Source: Arcobacter sp.
GTDB taxonomy: Bacteria > Campylobacterota > Campylobacteria > Campylobacterales > Arcobacteraceae
Direction: 5' to 3'
Length of the DNA: 10,459 nucleotides
NCBI GenBank assembly: GCA_965662175.1
Contig: CBFIGT010000078.1
Location: 1 to 10,459, forward strand
This document shows, piece by piece, positions 1 to 7,101 of the stretch. Both the position numbers and the translations under genes were made by a program. The notes under the pieces were generated by a model. The model saw nothing but the letters and a program-made list of their open reading frames with translations. It had not been told where the DNA came from and made no database searches. Position 1 is the first letter of the stretch. The number at the start of each line of letters is the position of its first letter.

Positions 1-21
1 TTAGTAGTTGTTATTTTAAGG

Positions 22-41
22 TGTTATCACAGGAGATAACA
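22..41 (+). promoter_or_regulatory. Palindrome TGTTATC-N6-GATAACA covering the integrase SD and the first base of the start codon
   Basis: TGTTATC (22-28) and GATAACA (35-41) are exact reverse complements. The spacer ACAGGA contains most of the SD. Function (operator or mRNA hairpin) is inferred. Confidence 0.5.
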
Positions 42-1114
42 TGATGAAAATGACAGAACCTAAACTTTACACAAGAGGAACAAAACTCTGGGTTAGGTTT
101 AGTTTAAATGGTGAAGTGATTAAAAGGTCACTTAATATAGAAGATTCAAAAGCTAATAGAAAATTAGCAATAACACAGATAATTCCACAAATGCTTTTAA
201 AAGTACATAGTGGAGAGTTCTTTGAAAACAAAATTGTTCCAACAGTAAAAGAGATGATTGATATTAGTTTGAAGATGAATAGAGCTAGTAGGAAAGCTAA
301 TACTCATAATTCATATAATTATGTTTTAAATAAACATGTAATTCCTGTATTTGGAAATAGAAAGATTTATAGTATCAAACCATCTGAACTTACTCTTTGG
401 CAAAATGACTTATTAAAAACTCTTTCTAATAAAGCAGCAATTACTACAAGAATAATTTTTAATGGTATATTTGAAGATGCATTAAGAGATGAGATTATTT
501 CTAAAAATCCATTCTCAATAATTAAAGCTCCACAAAATATAGCAAAAAATGAGAATATTCCTTTTTCAAAAGAGGAGGTATTTAGAATCTTAGATGCAAG
601 TCCTGATAAGATTAAGCTGTTCTTTTCAATAGGTTTTTTTACAGGAATGAGAACAGGCGAGATAACAGCTTTAAAGTGGTCTGACATTGATTTAGAAAAT
701 AAAGTAATACAAGTTAGAAGAACTAGAAATAAAGGAGTAGAAACAACCCCTAAAACAAAATCTAGTATTAGAGATGTTGATATACTCGATGTTCTTTTAC
801 CCTACTTAGAAAATCATTTACAGTTTAAAACAGACGATGAATATGTTTTTCTAACTAGAGATAATGTTCCTTTTAATTCATCAAATAAAATATCTAGTAT
901 TTATTGGGCTAGAGTTTTAAAAGAGTTAAATATACCTTATAGAAATTTATATCAAATGAGACATACCTTTGCAAGTATGATGATTGCAAGTGGAGAAGAT
1001 GTACTTTGGGTTTCATCAATGCTTGGTCATAAGAATGCAAATATTACTTTACAAGTATATGCAAAATATATAAAAAATGAGAAGAAATCAAGAGGAACTT
1101 TTTTACTAAACTAG
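41..1114 (+). CDS. Tyrosine recombinase / phage-type integrase with a probable N-terminal arm-binding domain
   Basis: 357-aa ORF with the catalytic motifs in order: FTGMRTGE (Arg I), PKTKSS (Lys), YQMRHTFAS (HxxR box with Y in place of H), MLGH (His) and VYAKY (Tyr nucleophile). Basic N-terminus (LYTRGTKLWVRFSLNG) typical of arm-binding domains. SD AGGAG at 31-35. Confidence 0.95.
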   Translation: MMKMTEPKLYTRGTKLWVRFSLNGEVIKRSLNIEDSKANRKLAITQIIPQMLLKVHSGEFFENKIVPTVKEMIDISLKMNRASRKANTHNSYNYVLNKHVIPVFGNRKIYSIKPSELTLWQNDLLKTLSNKAAITTRIIFNGIFEDALRDEIISKNPFSIIKAPQNIAKNENIPFSKEEVFRILDASPDKIKLFFSIGFFTGMRTGEITALKWSDIDLENKVIQVRRTRNKGVETTPKTKSSIRDVDILDVLLPYLENHLQFKTDDEYVFLTRDNVPFNSSNKISSIYWARVLKELNIPYRNLYQMRHTFASMMIASGEDVLWVSSMLGHKNANITLQVYAKYIKNEKKSRGTFLLN

Positions 1115-1144
1115 AACAATCTTGGTTCAGTTTTGGAACAATTT
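1112..1144 (+). repeat. Three tandem imperfect 11-bp direct repeats, putative integrase arm-type binding sites
   Basis: TAGAACAATCT (1112-1122), TGGTTCAGTTT (1123-1133), TGGAACAATTT (1134-1144). The first unit begins at the integrase stop codon. Confidence 0.6.
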
Positions 1145-1160
1145 TAAAATAGGTGTTTTT

Positions 1161-1183
1161 AAAGCCCTTATATTAGGGCTTTT
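1161..1183. terminator. 8-bp inverted repeat between convergent genes; possible intrinsic terminator and/or att-associated site
   Basis: AAAGCCCT (1161-1168), 6-nt loop TATATT, AGGGCTTT (1175-1182). The GC part of the stem is followed by TTTT on + and only TTT on -. Confidence 0.55.
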
Positions 1184-3449
1184 AAGACAAAGGAAGTTTA
1201 ATTGTAAATTTAGCTCCCTTATAATCTTTTCCTTTAAATCTAAACTCTATATTTTCTACATAAATAAAACCTTTTAAAAGTTTATTTATAATCTCTTGAC
1301 TCATATATAAACCAATTCCTGTACCTTGGGATTTATATTTTGTAGTAAAATATGGCTCAAATATTCTTAAAATAATATCATCTTCAATACCATTTGCATT
1401 ATCATAAATCTCAATTATTGTATTACTTTTATCTTCAAAAGCATTAATAAATATATATTTATTTTCACTATTTTCTAGTTCCATTAAAGCATCTTTTGAA
1501 TTATTTAAAATATTTATTAAAACTTGTATTAACTCATTTTGTAAGGTTTTAAACTCAAATTCATCAATATTTTTAATAATTTGTATACCTTTTGAAATAA
1601 ATTGAGGACTTACAAGCTTAAGTGTTTTTTCAATAAGCTCTTTTATCTCTACGCTTTTTAAACTTTTTGTATTTGGTGAAAAGAAATTTCTAAAATCTTC
1701 AATTGTTTGAGATAAGTATTGAGCTGATGTATTTATATTATCCATAATTTCACATAAATCTTCATCTCTTAAAATATCCATCTCTTTTTTTAGTTTTACC
1801 CCTGTTGATGCTGTTGATATAACAGATAATGGTTGTCTCCATTGGTGGGCAATATTACCAATCATTTCACCCATTGCAGCCATTTTACTTTGTTGATAAA
1901 GAAGTTTTTCTTTATGCTCTTTATCCATTTCACTCTCTTTTCTAGCTGTTATATCTTGAATAATTCCTATAATTCTATTTGTACTAGCCTCATATTCACC
2001 CCTACAATCTATCCATATAATTGTTCCATCATTTTTTATTATTCTATATGTACAACTATGCTCTGTGTGATTATCAATACTTGATAATATAGAGTTTTCA
2101 AAACAACTCCAATCATCTTTATGCATAATTTCTTTTAAAAATGCTGGACCAACTTTATCAACTTTTTTACTAATTCCAAAAAGTTTATAAATAGGCTCAG
2201 ACCAATAAGCTTCCATCTTTTTAATATCCAAATACCAATCACCCATCAGTGCTATCTCTTGAGATTTTAAAAGTATGCTTTGTTTCTCTTCAAGACTTTT
2301 AGTGTAATTAAAAAAACTTTTTTCGATGTAAGTAGAAACAAAATAAGAGATAAGTAATAAAAATATTAAAAAAACAAAACCCATAACATAAATATTATTT
2401 AAATATTGTTTATATTTCGTAATCAAAAAAGTTTGTTTATCTTTAATCACTTTATTAACAGACTCCATTGTAAAACCTGTACCAATAATCCAATCCCACT
2501 CTTGGAATTTAATAAAATAAGAGGTTTTATCAATTACATCTTTGCTATCCAAAACTAAATCATATCTAAAAAAAATCCCTTGACCACCATCTAAACTTCT
2601 TAATTTAGCAATATTAATATCAGCTTCTACTAAACTTATATTTTGTATTTTTTGATTTAAAAGATTTTTATATTTATTTACTATTAAATTATCATTATTA
2701 TCTATTACAAATATATATCTATCATCTTTATATCTTAAGCCTGAAATATGATTTATTATCTCATTTTTTAATTTATTAATATGGTCATCCAAATAATATC
2801 CAGTTCCCACAAAGATATTAAGGGCTTCAAATTTCTTAAAAAATCCAATTTTTAAATACTCTTTATTATCCTCTTTTATAGGATTTTTCCAATACCAATC
2901 ATAAAAAGTTTCATCTTTAGTTTGCAGAATTTTATTCATATCTTGAAGAATAAAAGTTCCTTTTGAGTCCTGATAATTCCAAAGATTTTTTCCCTCTAAA
3001 TGTGGAAATAATGGATTTAAAATAGTATTTCCCTCTAATGTATATATAAAGAAATAACCCTTCCCCTCACTAAATCTAATATCTCGTAAAGCTACTTTAA
3101 TATCTTCTAAAATAAGTTCTTTTGATTTTTTATCTTTGTTATTTTCATATATGGAGTTGATAATTGAGTAGATATTTTCAATTTTACTTTTTAGCTTATT
3201 TTTTAAATCAATAGTGACATTACTATTTTTTTCTTTTATAAAATTATAAACTCTTTGCAAATCTATTTCTATTTGTTCTTTTTCACCTTTTATATATTGT
3301 TGTTCAATATACTCTTTTTCTAATTCAATATTTTTTTCATGTTCATTTGTAAGAAAAATAGAAATAACTAATGTTGTAATTAAAATTAAAATTGGTAAGG
3401 AGTATCGAATAAGAAGAATTACTCTTCTTTCGTTCAATTTTGTTTTCAT
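1182..3449 (-). CDS. Membrane sensor histidine kinase: TM - two Cache domains - TM - PAS - HisKA - HATPase
   Basis: H-box GEMIGNIAHQWRQPLS, N-box QVLINILNNSKDA, G1 DNANGI, F-box IFEPYFTTK, G2 GTGIGLYMS. PAS/PAC segment GDWYLD...YWSEPIYKLFG...YRIIKNDGTIIWIDCRG...GIIQDIT. Two Cache-type units (GYFFIY...VGTGYY and RYIFVID...IIGTGF). Two hydrophobic TM stretches. Confidence 0.95.
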   Translation of the reverse strand: MKTKLNERRVILLIRYSLPILILITTLVISIFLTNEHEKNIELEKEYIEQQYIKGEKEQIEIDLQRVYNFIKEKNSNVTIDLKNKLKSKIENIYSIINSIYENNKDKKSKELILEDIKVALRDIRFSEGKGYFFIYTLEGNTILNPLFPHLEGKNLWNYQDSKGTFILQDMNKILQTKDETFYDWYWKNPIKEDNKEYLKIGFFKKFEALNIFVGTGYYLDDHINKLKNEIINHISGLRYKDDRYIFVIDNNDNLIVNKYKNLLNQKIQNISLVEADINIAKLRSLDGGQGIFFRYDLVLDSKDVIDKTSYFIKFQEWDWIIGTGFTMESVNKVIKDKQTFLITKYKQYLNNIYVMGFVFLIFLLLISYFVSTYIEKSFFNYTKSLEEKQSILLKSQEIALMGDWYLDIKKMEAYWSEPIYKLFGISKKVDKVGPAFLKEIMHKDDWSCFENSILSSIDNHTEHSCTYRIIKNDGTIIWIDCRGEYEASTNRIIGIIQDITARKESEMDKEHKEKLLYQQSKMAAMGEMIGNIAHQWRQPLSVISTASTGVKLKKEMDILRDEDLCEIMDNINTSAQYLSQTIEDFRNFFSPNTKSLKSVEIKELIEKTLKLVSPQFISKGIQIIKNIDEFEFKTLQNELIQVLINILNNSKDALMELENSENKYIFINAFEDKSNTIIEIYDNANGIEDDIILRIFEPYFTTKYKSQGTGIGLYMSQEIINKLLKGFIYVENIEFRFKGKDYKGAKFTIKLPLS

Positions 3450-3457
3450 CTTAACAG

Positions 3458-3898
3458 CTAATTAAATTTCTTATTGTTTGGATTATTTTTAAATATATTC
3501 ATTGATTTTGTTAAAGATGCTTTTTTCTCATTGAACTTTTCTACGGTTGCAACGGGATTAATCAATAAAATGGAATCATCTATTACTATTTGAAAAACTG
3601 ATTCTAAAGGTATAGTAACAGTTGAACCAAAATTTTCACTACCAAAACCTGCTTCAAAAGATATGAAATCATTATCAACTCTAACAGTTGAATATGTATA
3701 GTTAGCCAATACAAAAAGAGAGAACTTCGATAATTTTGATTTAATACTTGATGGAAGTTCTGGATTAAATGTTGCTGCATTTACATTTACTGTAATTGCA
3801 AATTCACTATCTTTATTTAGTAAAAAATCCGCAAGTGTTTTTATTTGATTTTTCATCAAATCTTTAAATTTATCATCTTCGATTACATTTGCAACCAT
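3458..3898 (-). CDS. Hypothetical protein, possible remote SspB (ClpXP adaptor) fold homologue
   Basis: 146-aa ORF with SD AAGGA 7 nt upstream of the ATG (3906-3910 on the minus strand). Resembles SspB by eye (see findings). The CDS is well supported; the product is tentative. Confidence 0.75.
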   Translation of the reverse strand: MVANVIEDDKFKDLMKNQIKTLADFLLNKDSEFAITVNVNAATFNPELPSSIKSKLSKFSLFVLANYTYSTVRVDNDFISFEAGFGSENFGSTVTIPLESVFQIVIDDSILLINPVATVEKFNEKKASLTKSMNIFKNNPNNKKFN

Positions 3899-3939
3899 AA
3901 ATCAATCCTTTTTTATTTAAATAATGTTAATCTCTTTTT

Positions 3940-4578
3940 ATGAAAATTACACTATTTATTTTACTAGTTTCCACATTAATTTACAGCAAAACATTAGAAT
4001 TTACAAAAGAAGATATTGAAATTATTAAAAATAATCCAAATAAAAGTGCTATTTTAAAGCGAATTCAAAATTATAATAAATTAAATAAAAAAATTACAAA
4101 CTATTCAGATTATAGAAAACTATCACATATAAACACATTTTTTAATAAGATTTTACCCCAACATGATAATCAAAAATATGGAATTAGTGATTATTGGAGT
4201 ACAAGAAAAGAGTTTTTAATTGATGGGCGTGGTGATTGTGAAGATTATGTTATTGCAAAATATTTTTCACTTATTGAAAGTGGTTTTGAAAAAGAGAATC
4301 TTTTTTTAGCTGTAGTAAAAGTAAAAGGCGAAATTTCTGACCATATGGTTTTATTATATTTTAAAAACAAAGAGTCAATTCCTTATGTTCTTGATAATCT
4401 AAGTTTCAAAGTACTCCCTTTAAATAGAAGACCAAAACTTGAAGTAAAATTTATTTTTAATGAAAAAGAGTCATTTATAATGGATAATTATAAAATCTAT
4501 AAAAAAGTAAATATAGATTGGGGAAAAGAGAATAAATGGGAAAACTTACTTACAAGAGTCTATAAAAACAAAGAGTAA
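3940..4578 (+). CDS. Transglutaminase-like periplasmic cysteine peptidase (BTLCP / LapG-like)
   Basis: Signal-peptide-like N-terminus. DYWSTRKEFL..GRGDCEDYVIAKY (catalytic Cys), HMVL (His) and VLDN (Asp) give the BTLCP triad. Confidence 0.92.
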   Translation: MKITLFILLVSTLIYSKTLEFTKEDIEIIKNNPNKSAILKRIQNYNKLNKKITNYSDYRKLSHINTFFNKILPQHDNQKYGISDYWSTRKEFLIDGRGDCEDYVIAKYFSLIESGFEKENLFLAVVKVKGEISDHMVLLYFKNKESIPYVLDNLSFKVLPLNRRPKLEVKFIFNEKESFIMDNYKIYKKVNIDWGKENKWENLLTRVYKNKE

Positions 4579-5147
4579 TCTTCTAAAATATCAAAATCAA
4601 TCATTGCATTCATCAAAGCTATTTTACTAGCTTTTTGCAAATCATCCACACTAATATCTTTTTCAATAATTTTTCCCTCTTTTAAGTATCTAGCCCTCGT
4701 AGTTCCAAGCAAAAGAGGTTTTTTAGGAGTTATCCAAATATTATTTAAATATATGGCAATATTTGCAATGCTAGTATCTGTAATAAAGCCATTTTTTACA
4801 ATTATTATTTCATGGGCATTTTCTTTTTTTTCAAAATTTTTATCTAAAGAATCTCTATTTAGATACTTTTTTGAGTAAGTAATTTCATCATCATAAATCA
4901 GTTTAAAAGAGTTTATCTCTCTTTTTTTATAAATAAAATAATCAACACTTAAAACTCCACTCTCATCATAAATCAGTTTACATCGTAAAAGCTTATTATT
5001 TGGTGGATAGATATATTCACCTAAATTTATATTTAAAGCGAGTGTATTAGAGACTCTTTGAGTATGATAATCTAAGTTAAAAACTTCATAATCATCACAT
5101 TTAATTGTTTCAAAATAAACTTGTGCAGTTTCCTGAAAATATTTCAT
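4560..5147 (-). CDS. pabC: Class IV aminotransferase-like protein, probable 4-amino-4-deoxychorismate lyase
   Basis: YFETIK, LDYHTQR, YSKKYLNR (candidate PLP Lys), ITDTSIANI, LLGTTRA and LMNAM motifs. Lies 10 nt downstream of pabB. Confidence 0.8.
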   Translation of the reverse strand: MKYFQETAQVYFETIKCDDYEVFNLDYHTQRVSNTLALNINLGEYIYPPNNKLLRCKLIYDESGVLSVDYFIYKKREINSFKLIYDDEITYSKKYLNRDSLDKNFEKKENAHEIIIVKNGFITDTSIANIAIYLNNIWITPKKPLLLGTTRARYLKEGKIIEKDISVDDLQKASKIALMNAMIDFDILEDYSLFL

Positions 5148-5157
5148 TATTTATCTT

Positions 5158-6111
5158 TTAATAAGGTATATAAATTTTATCGCACAACTCTTGATACTCT
5201 TGTAAACAATCGGAATCACAAGTTATACCACCACCACTTTTGTAAAAAAGTTCTCCATTTTCATCTTTTTCAATAAATCTAATCATAACAGAACTATCTA
5301 AACTCTCACCATCAAAAACACCAAACACACCTGTATAAAAATCTCTTTCATACTCCTCAATCTTTTTGATTATTTCAATAGTTTTTCTCTTTGGTGTTCC
5401 TGTAATAGAACCTGCAGGAAGCAAAGAAATCAAAATATCACCTATTTTTTCATTCCAGTTTTTTTCTAATTCACCTGAAATTTTAGAACTCACTTGTAAT
5501 AGTTTTTTCTCTCCTGCATCTATCTCTTCACAATATCTAAACTTCTCAACTCTAACTTTTTTTGAGACAATTGCTAAATCATTTCTAAGTAAATCTACAA
5601 CCATAGTATGCTCAGCCATCTCTTTTTCATTTCCTAATATTTTTGCACTTGCATTTGGAATTGAGGCATCTATTGTACCTTTCATTGGGTGTGTATATAT
5701 TTTATTTTTTTTGATTTTGATAAATCTTTCAGGTGAAAAACATACAAATTTGTCAAAAAATTTTAATTTAAATTTTGCATTTGCTTTTTGATAAATCTCA
5801 TCTAGACTTTGATTTGTCTCTATTTTTGTTTTAGCTGTTAAGTTTAATAAATAACTATTTCCACTAGCTATTTGTTCTTGTATATAATCAAACTTTTTTT
5901 TGTACTCCTTATAAGATAAGGGACTAGCTTTTATTTGAGCTTTTTGATTTTGAGTTTTTCTATTTTTTGAAGAGATTTCAAAATCTATCTCTTTATCAAG
6001 TTCACTTAACTTTTTTATATAATATTTTTTTAAATCATAAGATATCATAAAAAAGAATGGCTCTTTTAAAGAGCCATAATTATTAAGTTGAGAGATTAGT
6101 TTATTGTTCAA
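5158..6111 (-). CDS. pabB: Aminodeoxychorismate synthase component I (short form)
   Basis: Chorismate-binding motifs [19 protein letters not shown] (Lys as in PabB, not Ala as in TrpE), [29 protein letters not shown] and GGGIT. The start overlaps the end of pyrB by 11 nt. Confidence 0.93.
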   Translation of the reverse strand: MNNKLISQLNNYGSLKEPFFFMISYDLKKYYIKKLSELDKEIDFEISSKNRKTQNQKAQIKASPLSYKEYKKKFDYIQEQIASGNSYLLNLTAKTKIETNQSLDEIYQKANAKFKLKFFDKFVCFSPERFIKIKKNKIYTHPMKGTIDASIPNASAKILGNEKEMAEHTMVVDLLRNDLAIVSKKVRVEKFRYCEEIDAGEKKLLQVSSKISGELEKNWNEKIGDILISLLPAGSITGTPKRKTIEIIKKIEEYERDFYTGVFGVFDGESLDSSVMIRFIEKDENGELFYKSGGGITCDSDCLQEYQELCDKIYIPY

Positions 6112-6982
6112 GGATTAGTTTTTTTAATATTGCCATTCTAACAGCAACACCATTTGTAACTTGTTTTAAAATTTTATTTCTAGGGTCTAGTAACATTTCA
6201 TCACTTATGTCTACATTTCTATTAACAGGACCTGGATGAAGAAGTAAAATATCTCTATCTCCAAAAGTCTCTTTAGTAATACAATAATCTTTTGCATAAT
6301 CATTTAATGATTGAAAATAGATTTCATTATGTCTTTCTAACTGAGTTCTTAAACTCATAACAACATCAACCTCATCAATTATTTCTGAAATATGATCATA
6401 CTGTTTATGCTCATCATGTTCAGCCTTAAAGCAATCAGGAGCTACAAAACATACCTCCATACCAAATCTTGGAAGAAGTTTTCTATTTGAACCTGCAACT
6501 CTTGAAGTTCTAACATCTCCAACAATAGCAACTTTTTTACCCTCAACATCTCCATCAAAATGCTCTAAAATTGTAAATAAATCAAGTAATGCTTGAGTTG
6601 GATGTGCATGTTTTCCATCACCTGCGTTTATTATTGGACAATCAACCGCATCAGCTAAAGCTCCAGGTAAACCACAATCACTATGTCTCATAATAATAGC
6701 ATCAGGTGCCATTGCATTTATATTTGCAACTGTATCAAAAATAGTTTCACCCTTACTTCTTGAGCTTGTACCAACATCTAATGAAACTACCTCAGCACCC
6801 AATCTTTTTGCAGCTATTTCAAAAGCACTTCTTGTTCTTGTAGAGTTTTCAAAAAATAGTGTAACTACTATTTTACCTTTTAAAATTTCTCTTGAATTCA
6901 TATCTAAAAAAGTTTTTGCATCTTCAAAAAGATTAATTATTTCTTCTTTTGTAAAATCTGCCGTTCTAATTAAATGCTGCAT
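6101..6982 (-). CDS. pyrB: Aspartate carbamoyltransferase catalytic subunit
   Basis: FFENSTRTR carbamoyl-phosphate motif, [25 protein letters not shown] and HPGPVNR. SD-like AAGGG at 6988-6992 on the minus strand. Confidence 0.97.
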   Translation of the reverse strand: MQHLIRTADFTKEEIINLFEDAKTFLDMNSREILKGKIVVTLFFENSTRTRSAFEIAAKRLGAEVVSLDVGTSSRSKGETIFDTVANINAMAPDAIIMRHSDCGLPGALADAVDCPIINAGDGKHAHPTQALLDLFTILEHFDGDVEGKKVAIVGDVRTSRVAGSNRKLLPRFGMEVCFVAPDCFKAEHDEHKQYDHISEIIDEVDVVMSLRTQLERHNEIYFQSLNDYAKDYCITKETFGDRDILLLHPGPVNRNVDISDEMLLDPRNKILKQVTNGVAVRMAILKKLILEQ

Positions 6983-7006
6983 TTTTTCCCTTTAATTTTA
7001 ATTTTG

Positions 7007-7015
7007 ATTATAGCA
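7007..7015 (-). promoter_or_regulatory. Extended -10 sigma70 promoter for pyrB-pabB-pabC
   Basis: The minus strand reads TGCTATAAT, a perfect TGnTATAAT, 24 nt upstream of the pyrB ATG. Confidence 0.75.
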
Positions 7016-7069
7016 AACTATAAATTAATTTTTTTCATTTTTGTTAATAGATTGTTTATTGTTTTTAGA

Positions 7070-7095
7070 TATAATTCATTTATTAAATAATAGGA
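7070..7095 (+). promoter_or_regulatory. -10 box and SD for argD
   Basis: TATAAT at 7070-7075, preceded by T-rich tracts typical of Campylobacterota sigma70 promoters. SD AGGA at 7092-7095. Confidence 0.65.
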
Positions 7096-7101
7096 TAAAT
7101 A

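Larger units (their letters stand above)
1..1190. mobile_element. Probable right end of an integrative element (prophage, genomic island or IME) that continues left of the window
   Basis: Integrase followed by tandem arm-like repeats and an inverted repeat, then chromosomal-type genes. The boundary is inferred and the other att copy is not in the window. Confidence 0.6.

Noticed and set aside
367..687. 106-aa minus-strand ORF
   Set aside because: Antisense shadow wholly inside the integrase, with no recognisable motif.
1112..1144. Tandem repeats as a CRISPR array or integron attC site
   Set aside because: The units are 11 bp with no spacers, there are no cas genes or cassette array, and no integron-integrase features are evident.
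13..1157. AGGTGTT (19-25 and 1151-1157), each preceded by ATTTTA, as a direct repeat flanking the integrase alone
   Set aside because: Only 7 bp match exactly and a gap is needed to extend it. Too weak to call a target-site duplication without an empty-site comparison.
1833..2084. 83-aa plus-strand ORF
   Set aside because: Antisense to the kinase, with composition typical of a shadow frame and no SD.
2568..2575. A8 tract in the kinase (and A8 at 8607-8614 in the TolC-like gene) as phase-variation sites
   Set aside because: A/T runs of this length are expected in such AT-rich DNA, the frames are intact, and no long poly-G/C tracts are present.
5148..5157. Broken pabB-pabC fusion
   Set aside because: The 10-nt gap puts the genes in different frames, and each has a normal stop or start. 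Separate genes are the simpler reading.
5366..5791. 141-aa plus-strand ORF
   Set aside because: Antisense shadow of the conserved pabB core.
6983..7006. Pyrimidine attenuator, PyrR site or UTP-dependent reiterative transcription in the pyrB leader
   Set aside because: The predicted leader is under 20 nt and A-rich, with no U-tract or hairpin.
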